Below are positions 1 through 13,111 of a stretch of DNA of 64,000 nucleotides, piece after piece. The stretch spans positions 76,446,001-76,510,000 of the forward strand of contig NC_043005.1 in NCBI RefSeq assembly GCF_006345805.1, read 5' to 3'. Below the pieces are notes generated by a model. That model searched no databases and was not told the DNA's origin. It saw only the letters and a program-made list of their open reading frames with translations. This DNA comes from Octopus sinensis (lineage: Eukaryota). The translations under genes and the position numbers were made by a program. The first letter of the stretch is position 1. Every line of letters begins with the position of its first letter.

Positions 1-47
1 GAAAATTCACACGATCAAACTCACAGTATCCGAAAACTCTACGTTAA

Positions 48-447
48 TACCTCTTTTACTCTTTTACTTGTTTCAGTCATTTGACTGCAGTCATGCTGGA
101 GCACCGCCTTTAGTCGAGCAAATCGATCCCAGGACTTATTCTTTGTAAGCCTCGTACTTATTTTATCGGTCTCTTTTGCCGAACCGCTAGTTTACAGGGA
201 CTTAAACACACAAGCATCGGTTGTCAAGCGATGTTGGGAGGACAAAAACAGACACAAAGACACATACACATATATATATATACATATATACGAAGGGCTT
301 CTTACAGATTCCGTCTACCAAATCCACTCACAAGGCTTTAGTCGGCCCGTGGCTATAGTAGAATACATTTGCCCAAGTTGCCACGCAGTGGGACCGAACC
401 TGGAACCATGTGGTTGGTAAGCAAGCTACTTAACACACAGCCACACC
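48..447 (-). mobile_element. tRNA-derived SINE, family A (CORE-like central motif), full length
   Basis: Reverse complement matches the other family A copies: A/B-box head (TGGCTGTGTGGT...GGTTCAGTCC type), CCTTGGGCAAG-type motif, internal TA/TG microsatellite, tail ending (GTAAAAGA)n. Confidence 0.9.
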
Positions 448-470
448 GGGTCACAAAAATGAAAAACGTA

Positions 471-663
471 GTGCAATAGGTGTAAAACAACATGTAGTAA
501 ACAAATATGAAAAAAAAATGCGCGCTGGCGAAAAGGTAGTGGGGAGAGAACTCGAAAATTCATATCGGGTGTGTTCCGGGTCCTATCACCACTTCCCCGT
601 TCGTCGGCGCAATTCGTTTTTTGTCATATTCGTTTACTACATGCTGTGTTACACCGCTTACAC
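471..663. repeat. Degenerate inverted repeat (about 80 bp arms), old MITE/fold-back remnant
   Basis: 471-548 aligns to the reverse complement of 584-663 (shared CATGTAGTAAAC.AATATGA). Confidence 0.6.
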
Positions 664-1589
664 TAATTTAAATTTTTTTTTGCTTGGGTCAAAAACTGGA
701 GGTTAACCTAAATTCTTTGGTAGGGGTCCTGTTTTTTAATAACAGCATATCCCCCTTCATATGACTTTGTGCGCGATTCTACTGAGATGGGCCAGTCTTA
801 TTTTATGCAAAAGTATCTCCAAATAATTGTGTACAAATTTCATTTTTATATGAACGACATTGCTAAAAACTTCAAATGCTTTTAGAGACAATAAAACTCA
901 CCAATAAAACATCCCAATTGATCTTCAAACATTTTCAAAGAACTTATTAGAAGTGAAAACTCCAAAGAATTCTTCGAATTTGCTTTATTTGCCATTGAAT
1001 GTACTATTAACGATTCAAATAATAGCATGACAATACATTGCCGTTATTGTTGTCAAGACAACAAGATAAAAAAAAAAAATCTGAATATCTTAGAGCTTCC
1101 TTTTGATACAGCCATACTCTAAAGGAAAAAAAAATTCGTCTGAGATCAATATTACTAAGCTGGCTTCTTAGATTTTTATTTTTTTATTTTTAGAATTATG
1201 TAAATTACTATTGCCCAGAATTATTCGTAGATACTTTTGCACTTGTAAAATTCTATTTCAACAGTTGTAGCACAGCAAAGATGACGATATTTGGTTCACG
1301 CAGTCTAATAATACGAAATCATAGCTGTCATCATGAATGCTTAACAAATAACACAGTTTCCCCTTAAGCATGTTAATTAACAATTTGCAGTGAAACTCGT
1401 TCATAATTTGTTGATATTGTCTCCATTCTCGCTAACAGTTGTCGTTTCAATTATGCTTTGTGGGTATGCTATTCAGTGCACCAGCACATAATCTGAGAAT
1501 TAAAATGGAATCGAGCAAATGATAACAACGGAGCTTATAAATGTCCATGCTCTCTGCGAGTTATAACAGCTAAATCACCTACATTTCAA

Positions 1590-1668
1590 ATGCGAAAGTT
1601 AAAGAAAGAGGCGCCCTGGATTATGTTGTTTATACTGTTCTGCCTTCCTTGTACAGATGACAACAGAC
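1590..1668 (+). CDS. Candidate first coding exon encoding a signal-peptide-like MRKLKKEAPWIMLFILFCLPCTDDNR (alternatively a 12-nt microexon 1657-1668)
   Basis: ATG at 1590, basic then hydrophobic residues, consensus donor GTGAGT at 1669 in phase 1; no homology recognised. Confidence 0.3.
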
Positions 1669-1873
1669 GTGAGTAATATTTTAGATCATAAGTCTGCTCG
1701 ATCAAGTTTAATATGGGGCTGAAGAACAATGTCAAAGATTGGTAAGGGTCTCTATCGTGCATTGTGTGCATGTCTCCCTCTATCTCTCTGTATCACACAC
1801 AACACACACGACACAGACACACAGACACACGTACACACAAGTACAAACACACATTTACAATAACTTATGTCAT

Positions 1874-1916
<43 letters not shown>

Positions 1917-2190
1917 GGTATTTTTATATAAGCTTAATTTTTATGGCGATCACTGAGGAAAATAGTCTAATAACGGGGCATATAAGCCCTCGGCAAAAAA
2001 AGCCATTCCTATCCGCATGGGACTCGAACCTTCTTTTTTCTGTCGAGGGGTTGCATGCCCCGTTATTAGACTATTTTCCTTAGTCATTGCACGGTCATCG
2101 CTACAAGCTTAAAGCTTATATATAAATACGATTATTATTATTATTATTTACAGGATTGTAAAATACGGCACCGTATAACAATATATATAT

Positions 2191-2372
2191 AGGCGCAGGA
2201 GTAGTTGTGTGGTAAGAACCTTGCTTCCCAACCACATGGTTCTAGGTTCAGTCCCACTGCGTTGCAACTTGGGTAAATGTCTTCTACTATAATCTCGGAC
2301 CGACCAAAGCCTTGTAAGTGGATTTAGTAGACAGAAAATAAAAGAAGTCCGTCGTATATATGCATATATATG

Positions 2373-2423
<51 letters not shown>

Positions 2424-2625
2424 CTGTGTTTGTCCCTCCACCATCGTTTGACAACTTGACAGCCAATGTTGTTGTGGCTACGTCCCCGCAACTTTGCGGT
2501 TCGACAAAAAAGAACCAATAAAATAAATGCTAGGCTTACAAAGAATAAGTCCTGGGGTCGATTTGCTCGACTAAAGGCGGTGCTCAACCATGGTCGCAGT
2601 CAAAGGATTGTAACAAGTCAAAGAA
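2191..2625 (+). mobile_element. SINE family A, full length
   Basis: AGGCGCAGGAGT head, internal (TA)/(TG)n, CAGTCAAA...ACAAG tail. Confidence 0.9.
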
Positions 2626-2905
2626 TATGTATATATATATGTTGTGCTACTCGCTAACGATGCAGCCATGCATTCAGGTCGCATGTAATATGCTGATAGC
2701 ACTACGGCGTAAATAACATTTGATACTACAAGCTCTGTTCTTTTATGTTATATTTACGACGTGCAACATTAACAAAAGCCTGATATTAATGTTCAGTATT
2801 ACATTTTTAGTTTTAATGGGGCAGTGAAACTGATATTGATCCAAAAGTAACGAATATATAATTATATTATATATTTGTGGACGTGCGAGAACAATAATAC
2901 ATACA

Positions 2906-2991
<86 letters not shown>

Positions 2992-3066
2992 GCTAGCTAG
3001 CTAGCTAGCTACCTAGCTACCTACCTATCTACACATCATATCTATCTACCTAACTGTCTACCCAAC

Positions 3067-3163
<97 letters not shown>
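2906..3163. repeat. Compound (TATC)n/(TAGC)n microsatellite
   Basis: Direct tandem tetranucleotide repeats. Confidence 0.95.
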
Positions 3164-3492
3164 CATACATACACACACACATTCCATCTAGCAACGCCGC
3201 GCAGACAGCTTTGGTCAAAGTGACTTGCACTGGAACAAAAGTCAGAATGATGTGGTTGAGAAGCAAACTTACCGAAGTGCATCTTGCTTCGTGGCACCTT
3301 GGGCAAATGCCTTCTGCTTTACTATTTAAGATTTACCATTTAAGCTATTGGAGGGACGAGAGTTCGATCCTCATTGCTGGCTGCCGACAAATTTTTCTGC
3401 TTTAAAAAAAAAAGGATTTTATCCTTTAAATATATAGTGTTCTGTATCCACGAGTTGAATAAAATTTATCCTTTTATAAATATATATATATC

Positions 3493-3840
3493 GTGGCACT
3501 CCGTCGGTTGCGACAACGAGGGTTCCAGTTGATCCGATTAACAGCCTGCTCGTGAAATTAACGTGTAAGTGGCTGAGCACTCCACTGGCACGTGTACCCT
3601 TAACGTAGTTCTCGGAGTGATTCAGTGTCGCACAGAGTGTGACAAGGCTGGCCCCTTTGAAATACAGGTACAACAGAAACAGGAAGAAAGAATGAGAGAA
3701 AGTTGTGGTGAAAGAATACCTGCCGGGGCCCCGTGGAACATTAGGTGTTTTCACTCAATAAACTCTCACAACGCCCGGTCTGGGAATCGAAACCGTGATC
3801 ATATGACCGCGAATCTGCTGCCCTAACCACTGAATCTCCA
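3493..3840 (-). mobile_element. tRNA-derived SINE family B
   Basis: Matches the cleaner copy at 38320-38700; tRNA-like head with GGTTTCGATTCC B-box on the minus strand. Confidence 0.85.
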
Positions 3841-4143
3841 CACACACACAAATATATTCTCTCTCACTCTCTCTCTCTCTGTCTCTCTGTCTCCCTCTCT
3901 CTGTCTGTCTCTCTCTCTCTCTCTCATACACGCACACACACAAACACACGTGTGTAATCACACATGCACACCCATATTTTGGAATGGTTATGCTGCTAAT
4001 AAAAGCTCTGACACTGGTTTTAGTTTACTGTATGTCATTATTAAAAAATCAATTATGTAATCAATTATTTGATTTATCAAAGTCTTTCATTACAAATCTG
4101 TAGACATTTCAATGATTTCTCCTGCGACTTCTCCTTCTTCTGT

Positions 4144-4184
<41 letters not shown>

Positions 4185-4271
4185 ATATATGTATGTATGA
4201 ATGTACGTGTGTTTATGTGTATGTATATATATATATATATATAATATATATATATATATATAAAACAATAA

Positions 4272-4470
4272 AGGTTACAAAGTGACAGAGAGTATTGACT
4301 AGCATTGCTTTTGCTAAAAACAGCTCAAAAGCCACAAAAAACTGAACTTAATGATTGACAGAGAGAGGAAAGTCTCCAGCGTACATAGTGGGATCGCGAT
4401 TTCGGATTTCGATGTAGACCTTCTTAATCCTCATCAGCGTTTCTTAACACCTAGAGTTAAGCTCAAAAGC
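4272..4470 (+). repeat. Partial copy of the interior of the adjacent MITE
   Basis: About 200 bp direct similarity to 4598-4803 (AAGTGACAGAG...GATGTAGACC.TCTTAATCC). Confidence 0.7.
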
Positions 4471-4538
4471 TTCAGTCACTCTTATAAGAAAAACAGTTGA
4501 AAACGTGCTGATTTTCAATACGGTAAAAGTGTAGAGAT

Positions 4539-4907
4539 CAAATTAAAAAGGGTGTCTTATTAGCAATTAGAACCTTAAGGCAAAATTAAGTGAGGTCACA
4601 AAAGTGACAGAGGGTACCGACAGGCATCGCTTTTGCTAAAAAATAAGAGTTAAAATAACTCAAAAGCCCCAAAAGCACCGTCTTAATGACTTACAAAGGG
4701 AGGTAAGTCCCCATGCGTACATAGCTTGATCGGGATTTCAGATTTTGATGTAGACCATCTTAATCCCCATCAACGACTTCTTAATGCCTAAGGTTAAACT
4801 CAACTAGCTCTATCTTATACCTCTGTCTTATACCCTCTGTCACTTTTGTGACCCAGTGAATTTTGTCTTTAGGTTCTAATTACTAATAAGCTACCCTTTT
4901 AAATTTG
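4539..4907. mobile_element. MITE with about 78 bp imperfect terminal inverted repeats
   Basis: 4539-4616 matches the reverse complement of 4831-4907 (CACAAAAGTGACAGAGGGTA / TACCCTCTGTCACTTTTGTG). Confidence 0.75.
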
Positions 4908-4928
4908 TTATATATATATATATATATA

Positions 4929-4963
<35 letters not shown>

Positions 4964-5100
4964 GGTTCAGCAAAAATTTAGATTCAGATGAATATGGTAC
5001 TTAAGTTGAGACAACAGAATTTAGTATGGTATTATCCATACAAATTTCAAAGTAAGGTGATTAAAATCAAAATAAGAAACAAGGATATCCAGACGTAATG

Positions 5101-5184
5101 CAGTACGATCGTTTCATGCAACTCCATTTAATTGAACAATGCAATCATTACATCAATTTGAAAATGCAGAGCAATCTTCAGCTG
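5101..5184 (-). ncRNA. Hammerhead ribozyme motif (type I, enlarged stem II) in a Penelope-type repeat (about 4962-5200)
   Basis: Minus strand CAG-CTGAAGA-TTGC...GCAT-GAAA-CGATCG-TA^CTG: complete core, palindromic stem III, 3-bp stem I, GUA cleavage triplet. Confidence 0.55.
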
Positions 5185-5890
5185 TACAAAGATATAGAAT
5201 TTAATTAAATTAGAACAGATGAATACCTTTGTATTATTATACCTAAAATCTCAAAGAAGCTAAGGAGCTAGACAAAGAACATGAAGTCTCACTCCTTTTA
5301 GAAGTTACTGAATTTTAAAGAAGCCACACATTGTTACAGACTCTGTCACTGATTTTTTTGTTTTATGGGGTCAATTTTAACTTATAGACTAGTTAAGCAA
5401 ATCCCTTGTATATCAAAGGCTGAGAGAACAGAGGGCACTATCTGTTAGGGGTAGGGCTGAGGGAGCAGACAGACATCATAGTTGGTATAGTCATAAAAAT
5501 CAAGATTTATGAGAAGCAATATCATGAGGTTTGGTAAAAAAAAAAAAAAACAAGATGATAGCTGATAATTAAAGGGGTCACCCACTGGCAGGCCATTGAT
5601 AATGAAACAGGGGAAGTCTTATCATGTAGTACTATAGTTGAATATTTTAAACAATGTTACTATATTGTATACAGTTAAAGTTTAGGGTTATTCAAAGGAT
5701 TATTAAGAAGAATATTATAACAAAAGGATAGAAATTTATGAATACTTTTGAGTATATGCCAAACTTTTACCAAAATAGAAAGACGAAAAGAAATTTCTAG
5801 AAATAGTTTATTATTTATATATATTGTACACACACATACATATATGTGTGTGTGTTTGTATATCTATATGTAAGTGTTATAATATCCTAA

Positions 5891-5967
<77 letters not shown>

Positions 5968-5974
5968 ATAAATG

Positions 5975-6121
5975 GAAATTGGAAAAGTTATCTACTCAGT
6001 TGACAACAAAAATCTATAAAAATCTATCGGAATAATATCTATATGTTCATCTATATCTATCCATTATTCCCTCTCTCTCACTTCTTCTCTTCAACATTCA
6101 CTCTCTATCTCTTTATCTATG

Positions 6122-6154
<33 letters not shown>

Positions 6155-6230
6155 ATATAGATAGATAGATAGAGATAGATAGATAGATAGAGATAGATAG
6201 ATAGATAGATAGATAAATAGACACACTCTT

Positions 6231-6328
<98 letters not shown>

Positions 6329-7008
6329 CACATACATATGTATACACACATACACACATATATGCACCTTTGTGTTCCTATGCAATAGTGTGAATGAAGA
6401 GCTGTGTTACTGTGTCGAGATATTTATTTTTGTAAGGGTTTTTGTAGGTGTATGTGTGTATGTATGTGTATGTGAGAGAGAGAAAGAGGGAGATAGGGAG
6501 ACAGAGGGAGAGAGGGAGAAGTAGAGAGAAAGAAGCGATATGAACATAAATATAATTGGGTGGTGGTGGTAGTAGTAGTATTCTATGTTAGTTGTGATAA
6601 GCGAACTTACGGCCGGGGGTGTGTATCTTCTTTCTCGTGTTATAAACAACACGTGTTGTTATTAACACACACACAAACGCGCAGACACACACACCACACA
6701 CACAAACGCGCGCGCACACACACACACACACAATCGCGCGCGCACTTACACTATATGAGCACACGAATGTGCGTATGTGTTTCTCCTGCTCTTCTAATTG
6801 ACGATAAAATCGAAAACAAACACAGTAAATACAAATAAGGAAGGAAATAAAAATAAATTGAAATTGGAAAAGTTATCTACTCAGATGACAACTAAAATCT
6901 ATAAACATTTACCAGAATAATATCTATATGCTGATCTCTATCTCTCCACTATCTCTCTCTCTCTCTCTCTCTCTGTCTCTTCTTCTCTCTAACATTCACT
7001 CTCTATCC
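5975..7008. repeat. Direct duplication of an about 140 bp segment (5975-6115 and 6860-7008)
   Basis: Both copies begin GAAATTGGAAAAGTTATCTACTCAG and end AACATTCACTCTCTATC. Confidence 0.8.
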
Positions 7009-7078
<70 letters not shown>

Positions 7079-7439
7079 GCGTTTGTATGTACATGCATAC
7101 ACACACAGGGATTTATATGTCTATATATATTTGTAAGCATAGAAACGTATAGATATATATGGGTGTATGTATATATATATGTACATACCTATATACGTAT
7201 ATGTCTTTGTATTCATATAGGCACACACACACACACAAACAAGCATACACACACACATATATATACGCGTGGTGTGTGTATGTGTGTCTGTATGTATTTA
7301 TGTGTGTGTGTGTTGTGGGCGCATATAATACGTTTGCACACATTCATACTTAAACACCAACGTCCATATACAGAAATATAAAAAAAACAACTTTAAATGA
7401 AATCAAACACTGGATTGTACGTGTCTTCGTGTGTGTGTG

Positions 7440-7490
<51 letters not shown>

Positions 7491-8401
7491 TAAATATAAA
7501 AGTGAAAGCAGAAAGAAAGAAAATAAAACGGAAGTTTAGAGAGAAACATGATAAGATGAAAGAGAAACAATTAAAAAATTGTAGCTAGACGAATAAAACG
7601 TTTGGCGGAAAGTAAGGTAGAAAATATATTGAAGAGAACAATCACACAGTCTGTACATTAAAAATATATGCATCAAATCAAAAGAAACAATGGAGGATCT
7701 AACGTTTCGTATTACACTTGTTTATCAAAGAAAACGATACAGAATCAAGGGAGATTATCATAGGCATAAGCAAACTTTAGGTTAATTAAAATACGTTTGC
7801 CTCCCTTCGATAGTTCCTATTGATAACAGCTAAAGAGCTAGAAACGCATCTGGGAATCCGACAGGTGTTGGGGTGGGAAGGCACTAGACACATTTTACCA
7901 TAAGAGAAATTTTTTTCGTCACGGTTACTCCAGTGAATTTGTCTTTGGGAGTTGAAATAAATTACAAACATATTTTAACTAGCCTCAAGTTCACTTGTGT
8001 CTAAAGACTCCTTGGCGCTGATATTGCTGTAATTTTCTGACTTGGCAGTCTAATGGCGGAACCTGTTTTATTTAAAGCTACGGCTTTAATTGAGTCTATC
8101 TAGAGTTACCCCTCTTCGGTATTTCTCATTGATAACGGCTAAAGACCTAAGAATGTGCTTGGGAATCCGACAGGGGGCAGCACTGGTGTTTTGTCAGAAA
8201 TGGTAGTTTTGCACCTTTTATAAACGCTAGATTCTGACTGTTCGGACCTTTGTATCTCAGTCTATATTTGCTCTACATAGACATATTTTATCTTTATGGA
8301 ATCAGCATGATCCCAGGGTTGAAAATCTGCCCTTCATTTGGTTCTTGAACATTCAGCATTGGGATCTGATATAACAGCATTTGAGTTGCTATTTCTAACA
8401 G

Positions 8402-8504
8402 GCAAAGCGTGGCTGATTCACGCCATCGTGGTTGACCTTTGTCAGAAGACGTCAGAGATCAAGGGGGAGATAACCGACATTCGTTTCGTTAATTTTACCT
8501 CAAG
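8402..8504 (+). CDS. Candidate internal exon (phase 1 to 2): KAWLIHAIVVDLCQKTSEIKGEITDIRFVNFTS
   Basis: Acceptor GCTATTTCTAACAG, donor AAG|GTAAGA, only one open frame; product unidentified. Confidence 0.4.
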
Positions 8505-9033
8505 GTAAGAAATTTGGGACAAATTGGTCAACAGTAAGAATTCAACTTGGGACTAGAATAATAGAATGATTGCATTTAAAAATTAATTCTCATCCTTCTT
8601 TAACCTCTGATCAAACACCACCGGTGCATATAGTCATTATAGATGTATTATAGTCATGCTATTTACCCCTCTCTAGTTTTGGGTCTCAGGCCTAATTAGC
8701 CATCCAGTGGAGCTAACTTAAAAATCTTCACTGAGTGCGGCTTTTAAATTATTTTTACCATAACAGAGAGATTTTTCTCCAAGGTAACTACAGTGAATTT
8801 GCCTTTTGAAGTTGAAATATGTCACAAACATATATTTTAATGTTCACTTATGACTTAACACTGCTGACATATATATATATTTATGTTTGTATGTATTTAT
8901 ATAACTGTTCTGTATTTTGAAAAATATTCGTAATTCATAGCCCCATCCATAAACTAAACATAAACAAGTTGTTTTCCGCACAATGTGCTGTAGGTTATTG
9001 ATGTGGAAATAGAAAATTCGAATTCATACACGC

Positions 9034-9064
<31 letters not shown>

Positions 9065-9434
9065 TGTATGTATGTATGTATGTATGTATGTATGTATGTA
9101 TGTATGTATGTATGTATGTATGTATGTGTTACAGTTTTCAAATTTATTTTAATTACTTGTTTTCTGCTAGAAGAAACGTGTAAACGTCTGGGTTTATATA
9201 AATCCTCCTACAAGAAACATGATTGCATCCCGGACATTTAAATAAGCTTTCATTTTAATATATTTGGCTTGAGTTATTTTTAACTCGGTCTGCATTACAT
9301 TTATAGTAATCTATATTGCTCAACGTTTTTAATTTATCGACTTCACCTTTATATACCTTGCATTGAAAAGACGTTTTTGTATTATGAGAAATATACATAT
9401 ACATATATATATATGTATGTATGTATATATATAT

Positions 9435-9499
<65 letters not shown>

Positions 9500-9644
9500 C
9501 GTACATGTACGTATATGTAAATGTGTTTATACATGTATGATGCTCATTATAAACAATCTCTTACACATATATGCAAAGACGAATCAATATAGAAGCAGAT
9601 GTAAAGGAACAGGGTGAAAGAGTGAGGGTGAGCGGGGGAGAGAA

Positions 9645-9690
<46 letters not shown>

Positions 9691-9924
9691 GGAGGGAGAG
9701 ACCGTCTGACAGAGAGAGTGAGAGGGAAAAGAAGAAAGATAGAAATATATGTTATTCAGCAGAAATAGCGATGAGAACAATTGCTATCTCTATTCTTGCT
9801 TCCAATTACATAGAATGACAGACAAAATGTCGAGTGTTTGGCTTGCATATGATCTTCTAATGAAAAACAATATAACGAATGTATTTGCAATATATATTTA
9901 TACGGGCGTCGTGTGTACTTTATG

Positions 9925-10382
9925 AACGTATCGGAATCTACACACTGCACGAATTACAGTTAACTCCCTCCCATCCGGCACCATTACTACTGGAGGGTTG
10001 CCGGATAAGCGAATTATTCGGTTATCTGATTGTCACTTTTAACATGACAATTGCACTTTACAAAACTCATTAAAACTCTTAACGTAACGGAATCTATATA
10101 TTACATGAAGTACAGTTAACTCGCTCCCATCCGGCACCACTACGACTGGAGAGCGGGGAGGGGATGCCGGATAACTGAATTATTCGGATATTTGATTGTC
10201 ACATCTAAAATTACCATTGCACTTTACAAAACTCATTAAAACTCTTAACGTAACGGAGTGTATACACTGCATGAAGTACAGTTAACTCCCTCCCATCCGG
10301 CGCCACTACGCCTGAATTATTCTTTTATCGGATTATCACTTTCAAAATTACTATTGCACCTTTCTAAAGTCATTAAGACTCT
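9925..10382 (+). repeat. Three-unit tandem repeat (156, 166, 136 bp) containing a pogo/Tigger-like terminal motif
   Basis: Units start at 9925, 10081 and 10247; each has TACAGTTAACTC.CTCCCATCCGGC and the first two also GCCGGATAA. Confidence 0.8.
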
Positions 10383-10684
10383 ATATATACGTCAGCATTA
10401 TCATTAATATTCTGAACATAGGATAATAAAAGAAAGAAATCGGAAGAAATAAAAATATGATTTAATTAAAGAACAAGCTTTAGTAACCTAATAAAATGCA
10501 GGTATTGTAAATGCCGTAAAATAAAATACGCGCGCGCGTGTGTGCGTGTGTGTATGAAAATCTCTTATAGAGATTTTCTAACTAGCTACTTTGTTTCGTG
10601 TGCCTCTCTCAGTGTGAGTGTTTCTGTACCATAGTCTAGACAATGAGCATCGTTGTCACACAATTGATGTGTGTTTGTTTACAG

Positions 10685-10720
10685 AGTTCTATTAGAATAT
10701 TTTACCTTGTTTAGAGACAG
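10685..10720 (+). CDS. Candidate 36-nt exon (phase 2 to 2): VLLEYFTLFRD
   Basis: Acceptor TGTTTGTTTACAG, weak donor AG|GTTTGA; the only open frame matches the phase of 8402-8504. Confidence 0.22.
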
Positions 10721-10727
10721 GTTTGAA

Positions 10728-10822
10728 GGTTGACGACGGGAAAAACATCCGGCTCTAAAGAAAACGTACCTCATCATATTCCGTCTGACCCATGCTATGG
10801 TGGAATAGCGGACGTTAAATGG

Positions 10823-10860
<38 letters not shown>

Positions 10861-10886
10861 TAACGATGATGATGATGATGATGACG
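10728..10886 (+). mobile_element. 3' tail of a SINE/LINE family ending in (GAT)n
   Basis: CATCCGGCT...TCTGACCCATGC...GCGGACGTTAAA followed by (GAT)n, typical of a retroposon 3' end. Confidence 0.6.
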
Positions 10887-11958
10887 ATTATGATAGTAGC
10901 ATTCATACTTCTCTGTGTTTATAGATACAGAAGTGGATTACCATGTTTATAGATTTTAGGAAAATAATGCCGTCATATACATGATATTTGATATTTAATC
11001 TGTTATTTAAAAAAAAAAGTATTGTTTGTTTGCTGCATCTGTTCCTCAATTGTATTTCATGTAGATATTGATCAACATGTTTTCTTCGTTTCTGTTGCAT
11101 TAATATATGAAAACTTGCTTCCACTCCCTTCGAGGCTAAAATATAATTTATAATAAGACATCATAAGAAAATGTTTTTTCTTCGAAAACACCGACACATT
11201 TTTTTCCTTGTTGTTCTATCTATCTGTCTGTGTCACTGTCTCAAAGTTAACAATGGTGCAGCTGCAACGAAACTTTCGCAGGAGCTGATATGACGTGACA
11301 GCATATAAGTTATAATTGTTAAAAATGGTGGTGGGTTGGCAGAATCGTTTGAGTCTCAAATGAAAGGGTTTACAGCATTCATTTCAAAATTATAAACTTC
11401 TATTCTCATCTGCGATCATTCATAAAAGACAAGAGATACATTTTGTAGGTTAATTTATCAGAGGAAGATCGGCATCTATGACCGTATTTTGTGCCTTCGA
11501 CACGGGTGGAAATAAGGAGAGAATTTATGTTCAGAACAGAGACCTGTCCCAAATTATACTACAAATAGGGCTTCTCTATAGGTAACTAAGAGCCAATTGA
11601 TGTTGTTAAACAAGTTCAGGATCAAATAAAGCCAGACTTTATTTGATCCTGAACAATATTCTGATCTACTGTTGGTAAACTTTCCAGGAAATCTGTTGTT
11701 GCAGTAAGACAAGAAGAACATCAACATCATCAATACTACCAGTAACCACGCACACACACACACACACACACACGCGCGCGCGCGAACACAGAAAAAACTG
11801 ACCGGATCTGTAAGAATACGTCCTAGAAACCTTGTACTTATTCCAGAAAACCTGGATCCCTTTCTAAAGATTTTGTACGTATTCCAGAAAATCTTGATCC
11901 CTTTTCAAAGATGTACCTATTCCAGATAAGAAACTTGTTCAAGATAATCTGTTACGTA

Positions 11959-12475
11959 CCGTAAATCCTCAAGTATAATCCGCATTTTTTCCCAAAATTT
12001 AAAGGTCAAAATCCCTAGTGCGTACTATATACGAGGTTAAAAATGAAAAATATTTCCTAAGCAATGTCCAAGTCATTATTTGCTGTCTGGCTATGTTTAT
12101 TCAGACGCATTTTGTGATGTCGTGCGCGAAAATACCTTAAGCTAAGCCTGAAAGCAATGAAGTCATAAATGAATCATCCATAACTTGCAATAAGCAACAT
12201 TTATTAAAATAAAAGTATTCAGAATACCGAAAAACATGTAACAAAAACAATTTGCAAACATATTTACATTCCCATATAACAGTTAAGAACAGCACCATTA
12301 TTGTATTACGCATGCGCGGAAGTGTTTGTTGGACTAGGTGCTGCTAGTTTAATTACGAACGACCCAAGTGAAGGGGTGCGTATTATACACATGGTTTAGG
12401 TTTTTCAGAGGTACAGTCCTCTATAAATCCCCTGCGTATTATACTCAAGGGCGGACTATACTCGAGGATTTACGG
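11959..12475. mobile_element. Tc1/mariner-pogo MITE, 517 bp, TA target duplication
   Basis: TA|CCGTAAATCCTCAAGTATAATCCGC ... GCGGACTATACTCGAGGATTTACGG|TA; 25-bp TIR with 2 mismatches. Confidence 0.9.
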
Positions 12476-12844
12476 TATTCTAGACGATCTGATAGCTAGT
12501 ATAGAAATGTACTCCCTATTCCAGAGAGCTACGTATATTAGTACAACTGGTGCCTATTCTAAAAGATCAGGTAACTTTTTAAAGATTCCACAACCAGAGG
12601 TAACCTGAGGGGCAGTGAATTCAATGTTTGTCAACTTAGTGGCAAAACAAAAAGTGTGTTACTGTGTTGATGGGTTTAAGTTTAGAAAATGTAGACAAGT
12701 CATTCTATTTATGATCCCTAATCAACTGAACTGTGGTTGCAGCTGCTGTTGTTATTACTATTGTTTATGTTTAGTTCAAAATCAATCTTGATTGAGCTCA
12801 CCTTTGACCAAAGTTGATCGAGTTATAGATAGTATAGATAGTAT

Positions 12845-13012
12845 AGGTGCAGGAGTGGCTGTGTGGTAAGTAGCTTCCTTACCAACCTCATGGTTCCGGG
12901 TTCAGTCCCACTGCGTGGCACCTTGGGCAAGTGTCTTCAAATATAGGCTCAGGCCGATTAAAGCCTTGTGAGTATATTTGGTAGACGGAAGATGAAAGAA
13001 GCCCGTCTTATA

Positions 13013-13079
<67 letters not shown>

Positions 13080-13080
13080 A

Positions 13081-13111
<31 letters not shown>

